Positions 54,659 through 64,000 of a stretch of 64,000 nucleotides of DNA are shown here, in pieces. A program made the position numbers and the translations under genes. How positions within the stretch are numbered: the stretch's first letter is position 1; each line of letters opens with the position of its first letter. Source of the DNA: Alphaproteobacteria bacterium (GTDB taxonomy: Bacteria; Pseudomonadota; Alphaproteobacteria; SP197); NCBI GenBank assembly GCA_965228895.1, contig OZ245842.1, positions 736,001-800,000 on the forward strand, written 5' to 3'. A model generated the notes under the pieces. That model had not been told where the DNA came from. It did no database searches and saw only the letters and a program-made list of their open reading frames with translations.

Positions 54659-55711
54659 GTGGGCAATGCGTCGAAACAGGACGTCACCCGCCGCCGGACC
54701 CTAGGCCTTTTGGCCGCTGGCGCCGGTGCTGTCCTTGCGCCGTGGTCGGGGACGGTTCTTGCCCAAGACACCACCTTCTTCCGTATCGGGACTGGCAGCA
54801 CAGGCGGCACCTACTACCCCGTCGGCTCGGTCATCGCGAACGTCATTTCCAAACCACCGGGATCGCGGGAATGCGGCAAGGGCGGCAGTTGCGGAGTGCC
54901 CGGTCTGGTCGCGGTCGCGCAGGCAACTGACGGCTCAATTTCGAACGTCGAGGCGATCAACGCCGGCACGCTCGAATCCGGCTTCTCTCAGTCCGACATC
55001 TTGTTCTGGGCCTACAACGGCAACGGCATCTTTGCCGATCAGGAGCCGCTCGCGAACTTGCGCCTGATCGCCAACCTCTATCCAGAAGTCGTGCAGATCG
55101 TCGTCAGAAAAGACGCGGGGATCTCCTCGGTTGAAGAGCTGGCCGGCAAGCGTGTGTCACTCGACGCACCGGGCTCCGGCACGTTGGCCGATGCCCGCAT
55201 CATCCTCGGTGCGTACGGGCTGTCCGAGAACGATTTCGACGCGATCTACATGCAGTCGCCGCAGGCCATGAGCCTGATGCGCGACGGCGAACTCGATGCT
55301 TTCTTTATTGTCGCGGGTGCGCCGACCGTTTCGGTGTCGCGTTTGATTGCTGACGATGTCGCGTCGTTGTTGCCGATCATCGATCAGCGCGCGATTGAGA
55401 TCGTCATCGCCTATCCGTTCTTTTCGCTGTCCGCGGTCGCCTATCCCAACACCGACATTATCCCGACCTTGAGCGTTGGCGCCCAATGGGCGGTCTCGTC
55501 GACCGTTGACGAAGAACTGGTCTATGGCATCACGAGCGCGCTGTGGAACGAACACAGCCGCGACGTGCTGGATACCGGTCACCCCGTCACCTCGGAAATC
55601 CTGTTGCGCAACGCCCTGAAAGGCGCCGGTATCCCCCTGCACCCGGGCGCGCGCCGATACTACGAGGAAATCGGCCTCGACCTCTCCCAGGTGCCCGTCA
55701 TCGCCGCCTGA
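54659..55711 (+). CDS. TAXI family TRAP transporter solute-binding protein
   Basis: Tat-like TRRRTL; FFRIGTGSTGGTYYPVG, GSISNV, LYPEVVQIV, GSGT, PLHPGA. Confidence 0.9.
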   Translation: MGNASKQDVTRRRTLGLLAAGAGAVLAPWSGTVLAQDTTFFRIGTGSTGGTYYPVGSVIANVISKPPGSRECGKGGSCGVPGLVAVAQATDGSISNVEAINAGTLESGFSQSDILFWAYNGNGIFADQEPLANLRLIANLYPEVVQIVVRKDAGISSVEELAGKRVSLDAPGSGTLADARIILGAYGLSENDFDAIYMQSPQAMSLMRDGELDAFFIVAGAPTVSVSRLIADDVASLLPIIDQRAIEIVIAYPFFSLSAVAYPNTDIIPTLSVGAQWAVSSTVDEELVYGITSALWNEHSRDVLDTGHPVTSEILLRNALKGAGIPLHPGARRYYEEIGLDLSQVPVIAA

Positions 55712-55722
55712 GACACCGCGAT

Positions 55723-56655
55723 CTAATAGCCGCGATCCATATCGACCAGATTGAGCAGAGGCCGGCCGTCCTGCATGCGCAGGTAGTTCTCGGCGATCTG
55801 CGGCGCACAGGTTTCGGCAATGGTGAGCGCCGCGACGTGGGGAAAGGTCAGGATCCGCGGATGGAACCAGAATGGATGGTCGGACGCCATCGGTTCTTGA
55901 ATCTGGACATCCAAGGTCGCGCCGGTGATTTGGCCGCTGTCGATCGCCGCGATCAGGTCGGGCTCGACGATATGGGCGCCGCGCGCACCGTTGACGATGA
56001 AAGCGCCGGGCTTCATCTGGGCGAAAGTCTCGGCGTTTAGAATGCCCCGGGTTTCGTCGGTCAGCGGCAGCAGGCAAACCACGATGTCGCAGTCGGCCAG
56101 GAACGCCGGTAACTGCGCCGTTCCGTGAAGACACCGAACACCCTCGATCTCCTTCGGTGACCGGCTCCAGCCGGCGACCTGATAGCCCATGGGCAGCAGG
56201 GCGCGGGCGACGCTGCCGCCCAGTTCGCCCAGGCCGAGCACGCCGACTGTGACGCCGGCCGGCGGCGCGACATCGATCTCTTCGTAGCGGCGTTCGCGGT
56301 GCAGCGCCCGATAGTCATCCCAGCGGCGATGGTGATTGAGGACGGCCATGACACACCATGCCGTCATCTGGCTGGTCATCGACGGGTCGACCAGGCGCGT
56401 CAGCGGCACACCGTCAGGCAGATGGTGGCGTTCGCCGACCAGGTGATCGACGCCGGCGCCGAGGGAGGAGATCAGCTTGAGGTTCGGAAAGGTCTTCAAC
56501 TGATCAAGCGCCACGTGCCAGATCAGCGCCATTTCGATGTCAGCGGGATCGCCGATCTCCGGGTAGAGGCGAAAGTCGACATCGGGCAGGTGCTGGCGCA
56601 TCAGGGTCTGCCAGTGCTCACCGTTTGCCCACCCGCTCATGTAGAGCATCGCCAT
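55723..56655 (-). CDS. ghrA: Glyoxylate/hydroxypyruvate reductase A (D-2-hydroxyacid dehydrogenase)
   Basis: SLGAGVDH, GLGELG, GWSRS, LLPLT, NGARG, PHVAA. Confidence 0.85.
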   Translation of the reverse strand: MAMLYMSGWANGEHWQTLMRQHLPDVDFRLYPEIGDPADIEMALIWHVALDQLKTFPNLKLISSLGAGVDHLVGERHHLPDGVPLTRLVDPSMTSQMTAWCVMAVLNHHRRWDDYRALHRERRYEEIDVAPPAGVTVGVLGLGELGGSVARALLPMGYQVAGWSRSPKEIEGVRCLHGTAQLPAFLADCDIVVCLLPLTDETRGILNAETFAQMKPGAFIVNGARGAHIVEPDLIAAIDSGQITGATLDVQIQEPMASDHPFWFHPRILTFPHVAALTIAETCAPQIAENYLRMQDGRPLLNLVDMDRGY

Positions 56656-56728
56656 AACCGCCACTCCCGCGTTTTCTTGGGATGCGGACTATAGCCGCCC
56701 GGAAAGAGGCGTACAGACGATTCAGCGA

Positions 56729-58351
56729 CTAGGTCGCGACGACCCCGGTTTCGGTCGCCTGCAGCTCAAAGGCGGCGGCCATCAGCGCTTTCGTGTATGC
56801 GGTTTCCGGCGCATCGAAAATGGTGTCGGCGGCGCCTTGCTCGACCACATTGCCGTCTTTGAGGACCACGACCTTGTGACTCATGGCCCGCACGACCTTG
56901 AGGTCGTGGCTGATGAAGAGATAGGCGAGCTTGTGGTCGCGCTGCAGCTTGCGCAGCAGTTCGACGATCTGGGCCTGGACCGACATGTCGAGGGCGCTGG
57001 TTGGTTCGTCCAGGACAACAAAGCGTGGCTTCAGCACCATGGCGCGGGCAATCGCGATGCGCTGGCGCTGGCCGCCGGAAAACTCGTGGGGGTAGCGGTC
57101 CATCATGGCCGGTTCCAGACCGACTTCCTCGAGCGCTTCGGCGACCAGTTGACGCCGTTCCTTTTCGTTATGGCCGAGTCCGTGAACCTTCAGACCTTCG
57201 GCGACAATGTCCTTGATCGACATGCGCGGGCTCAACGAGCCATAGGGGTCCTGAAAGACAATCTGCATCTCGCGGCGAAGGGGCCGCAACGCCCTGAAGT
57301 CGAGGCCCTGGATCTCGTCGCCGCCGAAACGGATATCGCCCTGGCTGGCAATCAGCCGCAGGATCGCCATGCCCAAGGTCGTCTTGCCCGAGCCGGACTC
57401 GCCGACCACGCCGATGGTTTCGCTTTCCTTCAGATTGATCGTGACGCCATCGACGGCCTTGATGTTGCCGACCGTGCGCCGCAGCACGCCACCCTTGATC
57501 GGGAAATAGACCTTCACGTCGTCAGCCTCGACCACCTCAGGCGACCCCTCCGGCACCGGATCGGGTCTGCCCCTTGGTTCGGATGCCAGCAGATGGCGCG
57601 TGTACTCGTGCTGGGGGTTGTTGAAAACGTCAGCCACCGGCCCGGCTTCGACGATCTGGCCTTCGTTCATGACGCAGACCCGATCGGCGAAGTGGCGCAC
57701 GATGTTGAGATCGTGGGTGATGAACAGCATCGCCATGCCGAGGCGATGCTGCAGGTCCTTCAGGAGCTTCAGGATCTGCGCCTGGATGGTGACATCAAGC
57801 GCGGTTGTCGGCTCATCGGCGATCAAGACATCGGGATCGTTGGCCAGCGCCATGGCGATCATCACGCGTTGGCGCTGGCCGCCGGAGAGCGTGTGCGGGT
57901 AGTCGCCCAGACGGTCTTTGAGGTTGGAGAGGCCGACGAGGTCGAGCAGTTCCAGGATGCGCTTGCGGGCGTCGGGCCGGTTCATGCCCTTGTGCAGCAG
58001 AAGCGCCTCGCCGATCTGCTTTTCGATCGTATGCAGCGGGTTCAGCGAGGTCATCGGCTCCTGGAAAATCATCGAGATCTGGTTGCCCCGGATCTCGCGC
58101 AATTCGCGGTCGCTGGCGCCGACCATCTGCTCGCCGTTATAGGTGATGCTGCCTTCGGGATGGCTGGCGGTCGGGTAGGGCAGAAGCTGCAGGATCGAGA
58201 GCGCCGTCACCGACTTGCCGGAGCCGGATTCGCCGACCAGCGCGACGGTCTCGCCCTTGTCGAGATCGAAGGAGACGTTGCGCACGGCGTCGATCTCGCG
58301 CTTTTCGACGCGGAAACGGGTCGTGAGATCGCGCACTTGCAAAAGGCTCAT
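56729..58351 (-). CDS. yejF: Peptide ABC transporter duplicated ATPase YejF
   Basis: Two GESGSGK Walker A motifs and two SGGQRQR signatures. Confidence 0.92.
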   Translation of the reverse strand: MSLLQVRDLTTRFRVEKREIDAVRNVSFDLDKGETVALVGESGSGKSVTALSILQLLPYPTASHPEGSITYNGEQMVGASDRELREIRGNQISMIFQEPMTSLNPLHTIEKQIGEALLLHKGMNRPDARKRILELLDLVGLSNLKDRLGDYPHTLSGGQRQRVMIAMALANDPDVLIADEPTTALDVTIQAQILKLLKDLQHRLGMAMLFITHDLNIVRHFADRVCVMNEGQIVEAGPVADVFNNPQHEYTRHLLASEPRGRPDPVPEGSPEVVEADDVKVYFPIKGGVLRRTVGNIKAVDGVTINLKESETIGVVGESGSGKTTLGMAILRLIASQGDIRFGGDEIQGLDFRALRPLRREMQIVFQDPYGSLSPRMSIKDIVAEGLKVHGLGHNEKERRQLVAEALEEVGLEPAMMDRYPHEFSGGQRQRIAIARAMVLKPRFVVLDEPTSALDMSVQAQIVELLRKLQRDHKLAYLFISHDLKVVRAMSHKVVVLKDGNVVEQGAADTIFDAPETAYTKALMAAAFELQATETGVVAT

Positions 58352-59382
58352 TGCGGCATTTTCCTTGGATCGAAGGCGTCGCGCACGGCTTCCCCGATGA
58401 AGATCAGCAGGCTCAGCATGATGGCGATAACGAAGAACGCGCTCAAGCCGAGCCACGGCGCCTGCAGGTTAGCACGGCCCTGGTTCAAGAGTTCACCCAG
58501 CGATGGCGAGCCCGGCGGCAGGCCGAGCCCGAGGAAGTCGAGAGAGGTCAAGGTGACGACCGAACCGTTCAGGATGAAGGGCAGGAAGGTGAGGGTCGAG
58601 ACCATCGCATTGGGCAGGGCGTGGCGAAACATGATGACGCCATCGCGCACGCCCAGCGCTCGGGCGGCACGGACATAGTCGAGGTTGCGGACGCGCAGGA
58701 ACTCCGCGCGCACCAGACCGACCAGCGCGGTCCAACTGAACAGCATCATGATCAACAGCAGCGTCCAGAACCCGGGCACGATGACGCTGGCCAGGATGAT
58801 CAGAATGTAGAGCACGGGAATGCCGGACCAGACCTCAAGCGCGCGCTGGCCCAGCAGATCGACCCAGCCGCCGCGATAGCCCTGGATCGCGCCGGCGGCG
58901 ACGCCGATGACCGACGACACCAATGTCAGTGTCAGGCCAAACAGCACCGAAATGCGGAAGCCGTAGATCAGGCGGGCGACGACATCGCGCCCCTGGTCGT
59001 CGGTGCCCAGCCAGTTCTCTGCCGTCGGCGGGCTGGGTGCAGGCGAGGGAAGGTCGTAGTTGATGGTGTTGTAGCTGTAGGGCACCAGTGGCCAGACCAT
59101 CCAGCCCTTCTCGTTGATCAGGTCTTCGACAAAGGGATCGCGGTAGTCGGCTTCGGTCTCAAAATCGCCGTCGAACGTCGTCTCGGGATAGGCGTTGATG
59201 ATCGGCAGATAGATGCCGCCATCATACCAGATCAGGAGCGGCTTATCGTTGGCGACAAACTCGGCCGGCAACGCAATGAAAAACAGCACCAGGAAGATCC
59301 AGAATGACCAGTAGCCGCGCTTGTTGGCGCGGAATTGCTGCATGCGCCGCTGGTTGAGGGGATCGAGTTTGACCAGCGCCAT
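58348..59382 (-). CDS. yejE: Peptide ABC transporter permease YejE
   Basis: NKRGYWSFWIF, LGTDDQGRDV, GLPPGSPSLGELL. Confidence 0.92.
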   Translation of the reverse strand: MALVKLDPLNQRRMQQFRANKRGYWSFWIFLVLFFIALPAEFVANDKPLLIWYDGGIYLPIINAYPETTFDGDFETEADYRDPFVEDLINEKGWMVWPLVPYSYNTINYDLPSPAPSPPTAENWLGTDDQGRDVVARLIYGFRISVLFGLTLTLVSSVIGVAAGAIQGYRGGWVDLLGQRALEVWSGIPVLYILIILASVIVPGFWTLLLIMMLFSWTALVGLVRAEFLRVRNLDYVRAARALGVRDGVIMFRHALPNAMVSTLTFLPFILNGSVVTLTSLDFLGLGLPPGSPSLGELLNQGRANLQAPWLGLSAFFVIAIMLSLLIFIGEAVRDAFDPRKMPQ

Positions 59383-59383
59383 G

Positions 59384-60490
59384 TCAGCCGACATCCCGGC
59401 TTTCGAAGTCGATGCGTGGATCGATGACGACATACATCAAGTCGCCGACAAGGTTCATGACCAGCCCCAGAAGCGTGAACATGTAGAGCGTGGCGAACAT
59501 GACGGGGTAGTCGCGGTTGATCGCGGCCTCGTAACCGAGCAGGCCGAGGCCATCGAGCGAGAAAATGATCTCGATCAGCAGCGCACCGGTGAAGAGGATG
59601 CCGATGATGGCGCCGGGAAAACCGGCGATGACAATCAGCATGCCGTTGCGGAAGACATGGCGGTAGAGCACCTGGCGTTCGGTCAGACCCTTCGCGCGCG
59701 CCGTCACCACGTACTGACTCTTGATCTGATCCAGGAACGAGTTCTTGGTCAGCATGGTCAGCGTCGCGAAGCTGCCGATAATGAGCGCTGTCAAGGGCAG
59801 CACGAGATGCCAGAAGTAGTCGAGGATCTGGTTGATCAGCGACATATCCTCCCATCCGGGCGACGTCAGGCCGCGCAACGGGAACCACTTGAAATAGGAG
59901 CCGCCGGCAAAGACGACGATCAGCAGAATGGCGAACAGGAAGCTGGGGATCGCGTAACCCAGGATGATTGCGCCGCTGGACCACACATCGAACTTGCTGC
60001 CGTCGCGCACGGCTTTTGTTATGCCAAGCGGGATCGAGACGAGGTAGACGATGATGGTGGTCCACAGCCCCAGCGAGATCGATACCGGGAGCTTGTCGAT
60101 CAAGAGGTCGATGACGCTGCGGTCACGAAAGGCGCTGTTGCCGAATTCGAACGTCAGGTAGTTCCCCATCATCAGGAAGAACCGTTCGACCGGCGGTTTG
60201 TCGAGACCGTACTGCTTTTCCAGTTCGGCGACGAAAGCGGGGTCGAGACCCTGGGCACCGCGATAGACGTTGTCGCCGCCGGCCCCTGTCGACGATCCGG
60301 TGTTGCTGGCGACTTCACCGCCGGCGCCGGAGAAGCGCGCCGTCGCATCGACGCCGGTTCCCTGCAGCTCGGCGATCAATCGCTCGACCGGACCGCCAGG
60401 CACGAACTGCACGATAACAAAGTTCACCACCATGATGGCGAACAGCGTCGGTATGATCAGCAGCAGGCGCCGAACGATGTAGGCCAGCAT
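59384..60490 (-). CDS. yejB: Peptide ABC transporter permease YejB
   Basis: [40 protein letters not shown]. Confidence 0.93.
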   Translation of the reverse strand: MLAYIVRRLLLIIPTLFAIMVVNFVIVQFVPGGPVERLIAELQGTGVDATARFSGAGGEVASNTGSSTGAGGDNVYRGAQGLDPAFVAELEKQYGLDKPPVERFFLMMGNYLTFEFGNSAFRDRSVIDLLIDKLPVSISLGLWTTIIVYLVSIPLGITKAVRDGSKFDVWSSGAIILGYAIPSFLFAILLIVVFAGGSYFKWFPLRGLTSPGWEDMSLINQILDYFWHLVLPLTALIIGSFATLTMLTKNSFLDQIKSQYVVTARAKGLTERQVLYRHVFRNGMLIVIAGFPGAIIGILFTGALLIEIIFSLDGLGLLGYEAAINRDYPVMFATLYMFTLLGLVMNLVGDLMYVVIDPRIDFESRDVG

Positions 60491-60515
60491 GGCGGTGCCC
60501 CGGTCTCCTGACCGC

Positions 60516-62351
60516 CTATTCCTTCAGCGCCTCTTCGGCTTCCTCAAGTTCGGTGGCGAGCCCGGGATCAATCCACCAGGTGTTGAAACCCAGGCCGAAG
60601 CGCGGCGGGATTTCCGGGCTCATGAACTTGTCCCAATAGGCTACCCGGTAAATTTGCACATGCCAGTTCGGGATGACGTAGTGGTTCCATAACAGCACGC
60701 GGTCGAGCGCGCGTGTGGCGGTCACCAGCGATTGCCTGTCTTCGGCAAAGATGACCTCATCGATCAGGGCGTCGACAACGGGGTTCTTGATGCCGATCAG
60801 GTTGCGGCTGCCGTCGATATCGGCGGAGTCCGAACCCCAGAAGTCCCGTTGTTCATTGCCCGGCGACTGGGATTGGCCGAACACCGCGACGGTCATGTCG
60901 AAGTCGAAACTGTCCATGCGGTTCTGGTATTGCGCGGCGTCGACCGTACGCAGGCTGGTCTTGACACCAAGTCGTTCGAGATTGCGCGAAAACGGCTGGA
61001 CGATGCGCTCGAATGCCGGGTTCACCAGCAGGATTTCAATCTCCATCGGCCCGCCGTTGGGGCCGGTCAGAACGCCGTCCTGAATCGTCCACCCCGCCTC
61101 TTCCAGCAGACCTCTGGCGGCCCTCAAGCCCTCGCGAATGTTGCCTGACCCGTCGCTTGTCGGAGGATCATAAACTTCGGTGAAGACTTCCGGCGGCAGC
61201 TGATCTCGATAGGGCTCGAGTAGCGCCAGTTCCGCCTCGCTCGGCAAATCGGTTGCCGCGAGTTCGGAGTTTGAAAAGTAGCTCTTGGTCCGCGTGTACT
61301 GGCCATAGAACAGGTTCTGGTTCGACCATTCGAAGTCGAACGCATAGGCCAGCGCTTGGCGCACCCTCGGGTCGGCAAACTTGTCGCGGCGCAGGTTGAA
61401 GATGAATGCCTGCATGCCGGTCGGATTCTCGTGGACGATTTCCTCCAGAATGATCAGGCCCTGATCGACCGCCGGGCTCGCATAGGCGGTCGCCCATGTC
61501 TTCGAAACGTTCTCCTGGCGGAAGTCATACTCGTGCGCCTTGAACGCCTCGACCGCGACGGAGTCGTCACGGTAATAGTCGTATCGCATGGTGCCAAAGT
61601 TGTACCGGCCGACATTGACGGGCAGATCCTTGCCCCAATAGTCGTCGACCCGCTCGTAGGTGATGGAGCGCCCGGCATCGACCGAGGCGATACGGTAGGG
61701 GCCACTGCCCAAGGGCGGCTCCAGAGTCGTCTCAGCGAAGGTCTGGTCGGCATAGTAGTGTTTCGGCAACACGACCATCTGACCCATGATCAAGGGCAGC
61801 TCACGGTTGCCTTCCTGATCAAAGGTGAACTTCACCTTGCCGCCGCCCATGTCTTCGGCGCTGACAACGTTGGCGTAGTAGGCACTATAAAACGGATGGC
61901 CCTCGTTCTTCAGGGTTTCGAACGTCCAGATCACGTCGTCCACCGTCAGCGGCGTGCCGTCGTGCCAACGCGCCTCAGGCCTCAGCGTGAACGCGACCCA
62001 CGAGCGGTCGGCCGGGATTTCAACCGTTTCGGCAAGCAGGCCATACTCAGAGAACGCTTCATCTTCGGAATTCACCATCAGCGTATCGAAGACGTTACCG
62101 ATGCCGGCGGCGGGTGTGCCGCGCAGGATGAATGCGTTTAGGCTGTCATAGGTGCCGCGTGCCGACAGCCTGACCTCACCGCCCTTGACGGCGTTCGGAT
62201 CGGTGTACTCGAAATGGGTGAAGTCGGGTCCGTACTTGAGGTCGTCGTACATCGAGATGCCGTGGCCGACATAGACGTCGCCGTCGTCCTGGGCGGAAGC
62301 CGGAAAGGCGATCAAAAGGGCCAGGCTGGCAAGTACGGCAAATCGGCGCAT
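60516..62351 (-). CDS. yejA: Peptide ABC transporter substrate-binding protein YejA
   Basis: Signal peptide; [43 protein letters not shown]. Confidence 0.92.
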   Translation of the reverse strand: MRRFAVLASLALLIAFPASAQDDGDVYVGHGISMYDDLKYGPDFTHFEYTDPNAVKGGEVRLSARGTYDSLNAFILRGTPAAGIGNVFDTLMVNSEDEAFSEYGLLAETVEIPADRSWVAFTLRPEARWHDGTPLTVDDVIWTFETLKNEGHPFYSAYYANVVSAEDMGGGKVKFTFDQEGNRELPLIMGQMVVLPKHYYADQTFAETTLEPPLGSGPYRIASVDAGRSITYERVDDYWGKDLPVNVGRYNFGTMRYDYYRDDSVAVEAFKAHEYDFRQENVSKTWATAYASPAVDQGLIILEEIVHENPTGMQAFIFNLRRDKFADPRVRQALAYAFDFEWSNQNLFYGQYTRTKSYFSNSELAATDLPSEAELALLEPYRDQLPPEVFTEVYDPPTSDGSGNIREGLRAARGLLEEAGWTIQDGVLTGPNGGPMEIEILLVNPAFERIVQPFSRNLERLGVKTSLRTVDAAQYQNRMDSFDFDMTVAVFGQSQSPGNEQRDFWGSDSADIDGSRNLIGIKNPVVDALIDEVIFAEDRQSLVTATRALDRVLLWNHYVIPNWHVQIYRVAYWDKFMSPEIPPRFGLGFNTWWIDPGLATELEEAEEALKE

Positions 62352-62474
62352 GAAGATCTCCTGCGTCTTGGCGGCGGTTACGCCGGTTGTTCGTCGAAGG
62401 TGCGGCGGTTGTATGGCCGGGACCGGACCAAGGGGCGCCAATCTAGCCCCGAAGGCGCGTTCATCACGGCTATT

Positions 62475-63251
62475 TTACCCATCGATGAGCGCCAGGCACT
62501 GCTCGTGGAGCGCGGGGTCGCCGACAGCCAGAATCCGGCCGTCGGAAGAAGGACGCATGGGTCGGCCTTGCCAATCGCTGACCACGCCGCCGGCATTGCG
62601 GATCAGGGCCGTCGGGGCGGCGAAATCGTGCTGGTGCAAATCGGCGTCGATCATCACATCGTGAAAACCCATGGCGAGCAGGCCGTAATCATAACACTCG
62701 CCGCCATACATCACCCATTTGCCGGCCCTGTGCACCGGGCGCATGGCGTCATAAGCGTAGTATGCGTAGTCGTCGGGCCCGGACGTGGTGACCACCGCAT
62801 CGGCCAGTCGGGGGCAGGCCCGGGTCCGGATTGCCTCTCCGTTCATGGTGGCGCCGTGGCCGTCGGCGCCGATCCAGCGTTCGCGTAGGACTGGCTGGTC
62901 GACCAAGCCGAGTACATAATCGTCGCCGTGGCGCAGCGCAATCAGCGTGCCGAACATCGGAATGCCGCAGACAAAGGACTTGGTGCCGTCGATCGGGTCG
63001 ACGATCCAGACGAACTCCGCATCCGGGCGGGTCGGCTCATACTCCTCGCCGATCACGCCGTGATCGGGCGCGTGCTTGTCGACGAGGTCGCGCACCATCT
63101 GTTCGACCGCCTTGTCGATCTCGGTCACCGGTGTCTTGTCTGCTTTGGTCTCGGTATCGAAGTCGCGCCGAAACTTGGCGCGGACGATGTCGCCGCTGGC
63201 GTCCGCCATCTGGTGCGCCAGAGCGATAAAAGCGTCGGGAACGAGGATCAT
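62475..63251 (-). CDS. hisN: Inositol monophosphatase family protein (histidinol-phosphatase HisN-like)
   Basis: KADKTPVTEID, GEE, WIVDPIDGTKSF, GTLIAL. Confidence 0.8.
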   Translation of the reverse strand: MILVPDAFIALAHQMADASGDIVRAKFRRDFDTETKADKTPVTEIDKAVEQMVRDLVDKHAPDHGVIGEEYEPTRPDAEFVWIVDPIDGTKSFVCGIPMFGTLIALRHGDDYVLGLVDQPVLRERWIGADGHGATMNGEAIRTRACPRLADAVVTTSGPDDYAYYAYDAMRPVHRAGKWVMYGGECYDYGLLAMGFHDVMIDADLHQHDFAAPTALIRNAGGVVSDWQGRPMRPSSDGRILAVGDPALHEQCLALIDG

Positions 63252-63293
63252 GAGGCGAATGTGCCCGGCTGGGGGGCCGCGATCAAGGTCATG

Positions 63294-64000
63294 TCAGAAG
63301 TCGAGCAACCGGATCGCCTGTTCATGTAACCGGGGATCGCCGGAGGCCAGGGTTCGCCCGGCATAGGTGATGTCGACCGGGCCGCCCTTCAGATCGGACA
63401 GGATACCGCCGGCATTACGCACGACCGGTTCCAGGGCGGCGATGTCGTCGATGCCCAGCTCGGCCTCGATCGCCAGATCCAGCGCGCCGTTGGCCATGGC
63501 GCCATAGGCAAAACACTCCAGGCCGTACATCAGCCAGCGGATGCTTTGGCGCAGCGGTGCGACCTTCGGCTCGTCGGCCTCGGTCTGGGCATCGGCGCCG
63601 ACGGCGGCCATGACCGCCTGGTCCAGCGTCGGACAGGCGCGCGTCTTCACCGGATGGCCGTTGTGCGTCGTGCCGTGGCCATCCGCGCCCATCCAGCGGT
63701 CGCCGGTAATCGGCTGATCGATGATGCCCAGCACATAACGGCCGTGGTGGGCCAGGCCGATCAGGCAACCGAAGGTCGGTTTTCCTTTCAAGAAGCTCTT
63801 GGTGCCATCCAGCGGGTCGACCAGCCAGACCCACTCGGCATCGCCGCGGACGGTGGAAAACTCTTCGCCGTGGATGCCGTGGTCGGGGTAGTGCGCCTCG
63901 ATCAGCGTGCGCACCGCCGTCTCGGCTTCGCGGTCGGCCTTGGTTACGGGGCTTTCGTCCTGTTTGGCTTCCGAAGTGATGCCGCTCCTGAAGTACTGGC
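63294..64000 (-). CDS. Second inositol monophosphatase / HisN-like paralog (5' end outside the window)
   Basis: The frame continues upstream of the ORF-track start: ..KQDESPVTKADREAE..GEEF..WLVDPLDGTKSF. Confidence 0.85.
   Translation of the reverse strand, partial: QYFRSGITSEAKQDESPVTKADREAETAVRTLIEAHYPDHGIHGEEFSTVRGDAEWVWLVDPLDGTKSFLKGKPTFGCLIGLAHHGRYVLGIIDQPITGDRWMGADGHGTTHNGHPVKTRACPTLDQAVMAAVGADAQTEADEPKVAPLRQSIRWLMYGLECFAYGAMANGALDLAIEAELGIDDIAALEPVVRNAGGILSDLKGGPVDITYAGRTLASGDPRLHEQAIRLLDF

Noticed and set aside
1-64000. CRISPR arrays, IS/integrase/phage genes, tRNA/rRNA
   Set aside because: No regularly spaced repeats, transposase or integrase motifs, or cloverleaf/rRNA signatures were seen; intergenic gaps are short.

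Overview
High-GC alphaproteobacterial chromosomal window (it carries an alpha-type LexA box, a rhizobial-type glycerol ABC operon and acpXL) that is dense in catabolic genes. I saw no rRNA, tRNA, CRISPR array or mobile element. The most striking part is the left ~18 kb. It holds a complete nickel-pincer-nucleotide (NPN) cofactor cassette (LarA-superfamily enzyme + larC, larE, larB), flanked by a divergent enolase paralog lacking the conserved NGGxH histidine, two ureohydrolases, a molybdenum hydroxylase (L/S/M) with unusual pocket motifs, a NitT/TauT-type ABC transporter, two paralogous GpuR/GbuR-like LysR regulators sharing an operator motif, an alpha/beta hydrolase and a PuuE-like deacetylase. 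I infer this is an undescribed catabolic island for a guanidino or N-heterocyclic compound. The rest, in order: CoA-transferase; LexA-boxed HhH-GPD glycosylase; glpD-glpR/glpVSTPQU glycerol locus without glpK; acpXL-lpxXL very-long-chain fatty acid lipid A cluster with an extra FabG; DMFase-large-subunit-like gene; GFA protein; orphan MbnH-like di-haem enzyme; serine hydrolase; two more ureohydrolases; pyridoxine 4-oxidase-like GMC; class II aldolase; Ldh_2 dehydrogenase; OsmC + methyltransferase; TauD dioxygenase; LysR/cupredoxin/flavin-disulfide reductase/DedA module; orphan TAXI binding protein; GhrA; yejABEF; tandem HisN/IMPase paralogs. All calls come from motif recognition by eye; no database searches were run.
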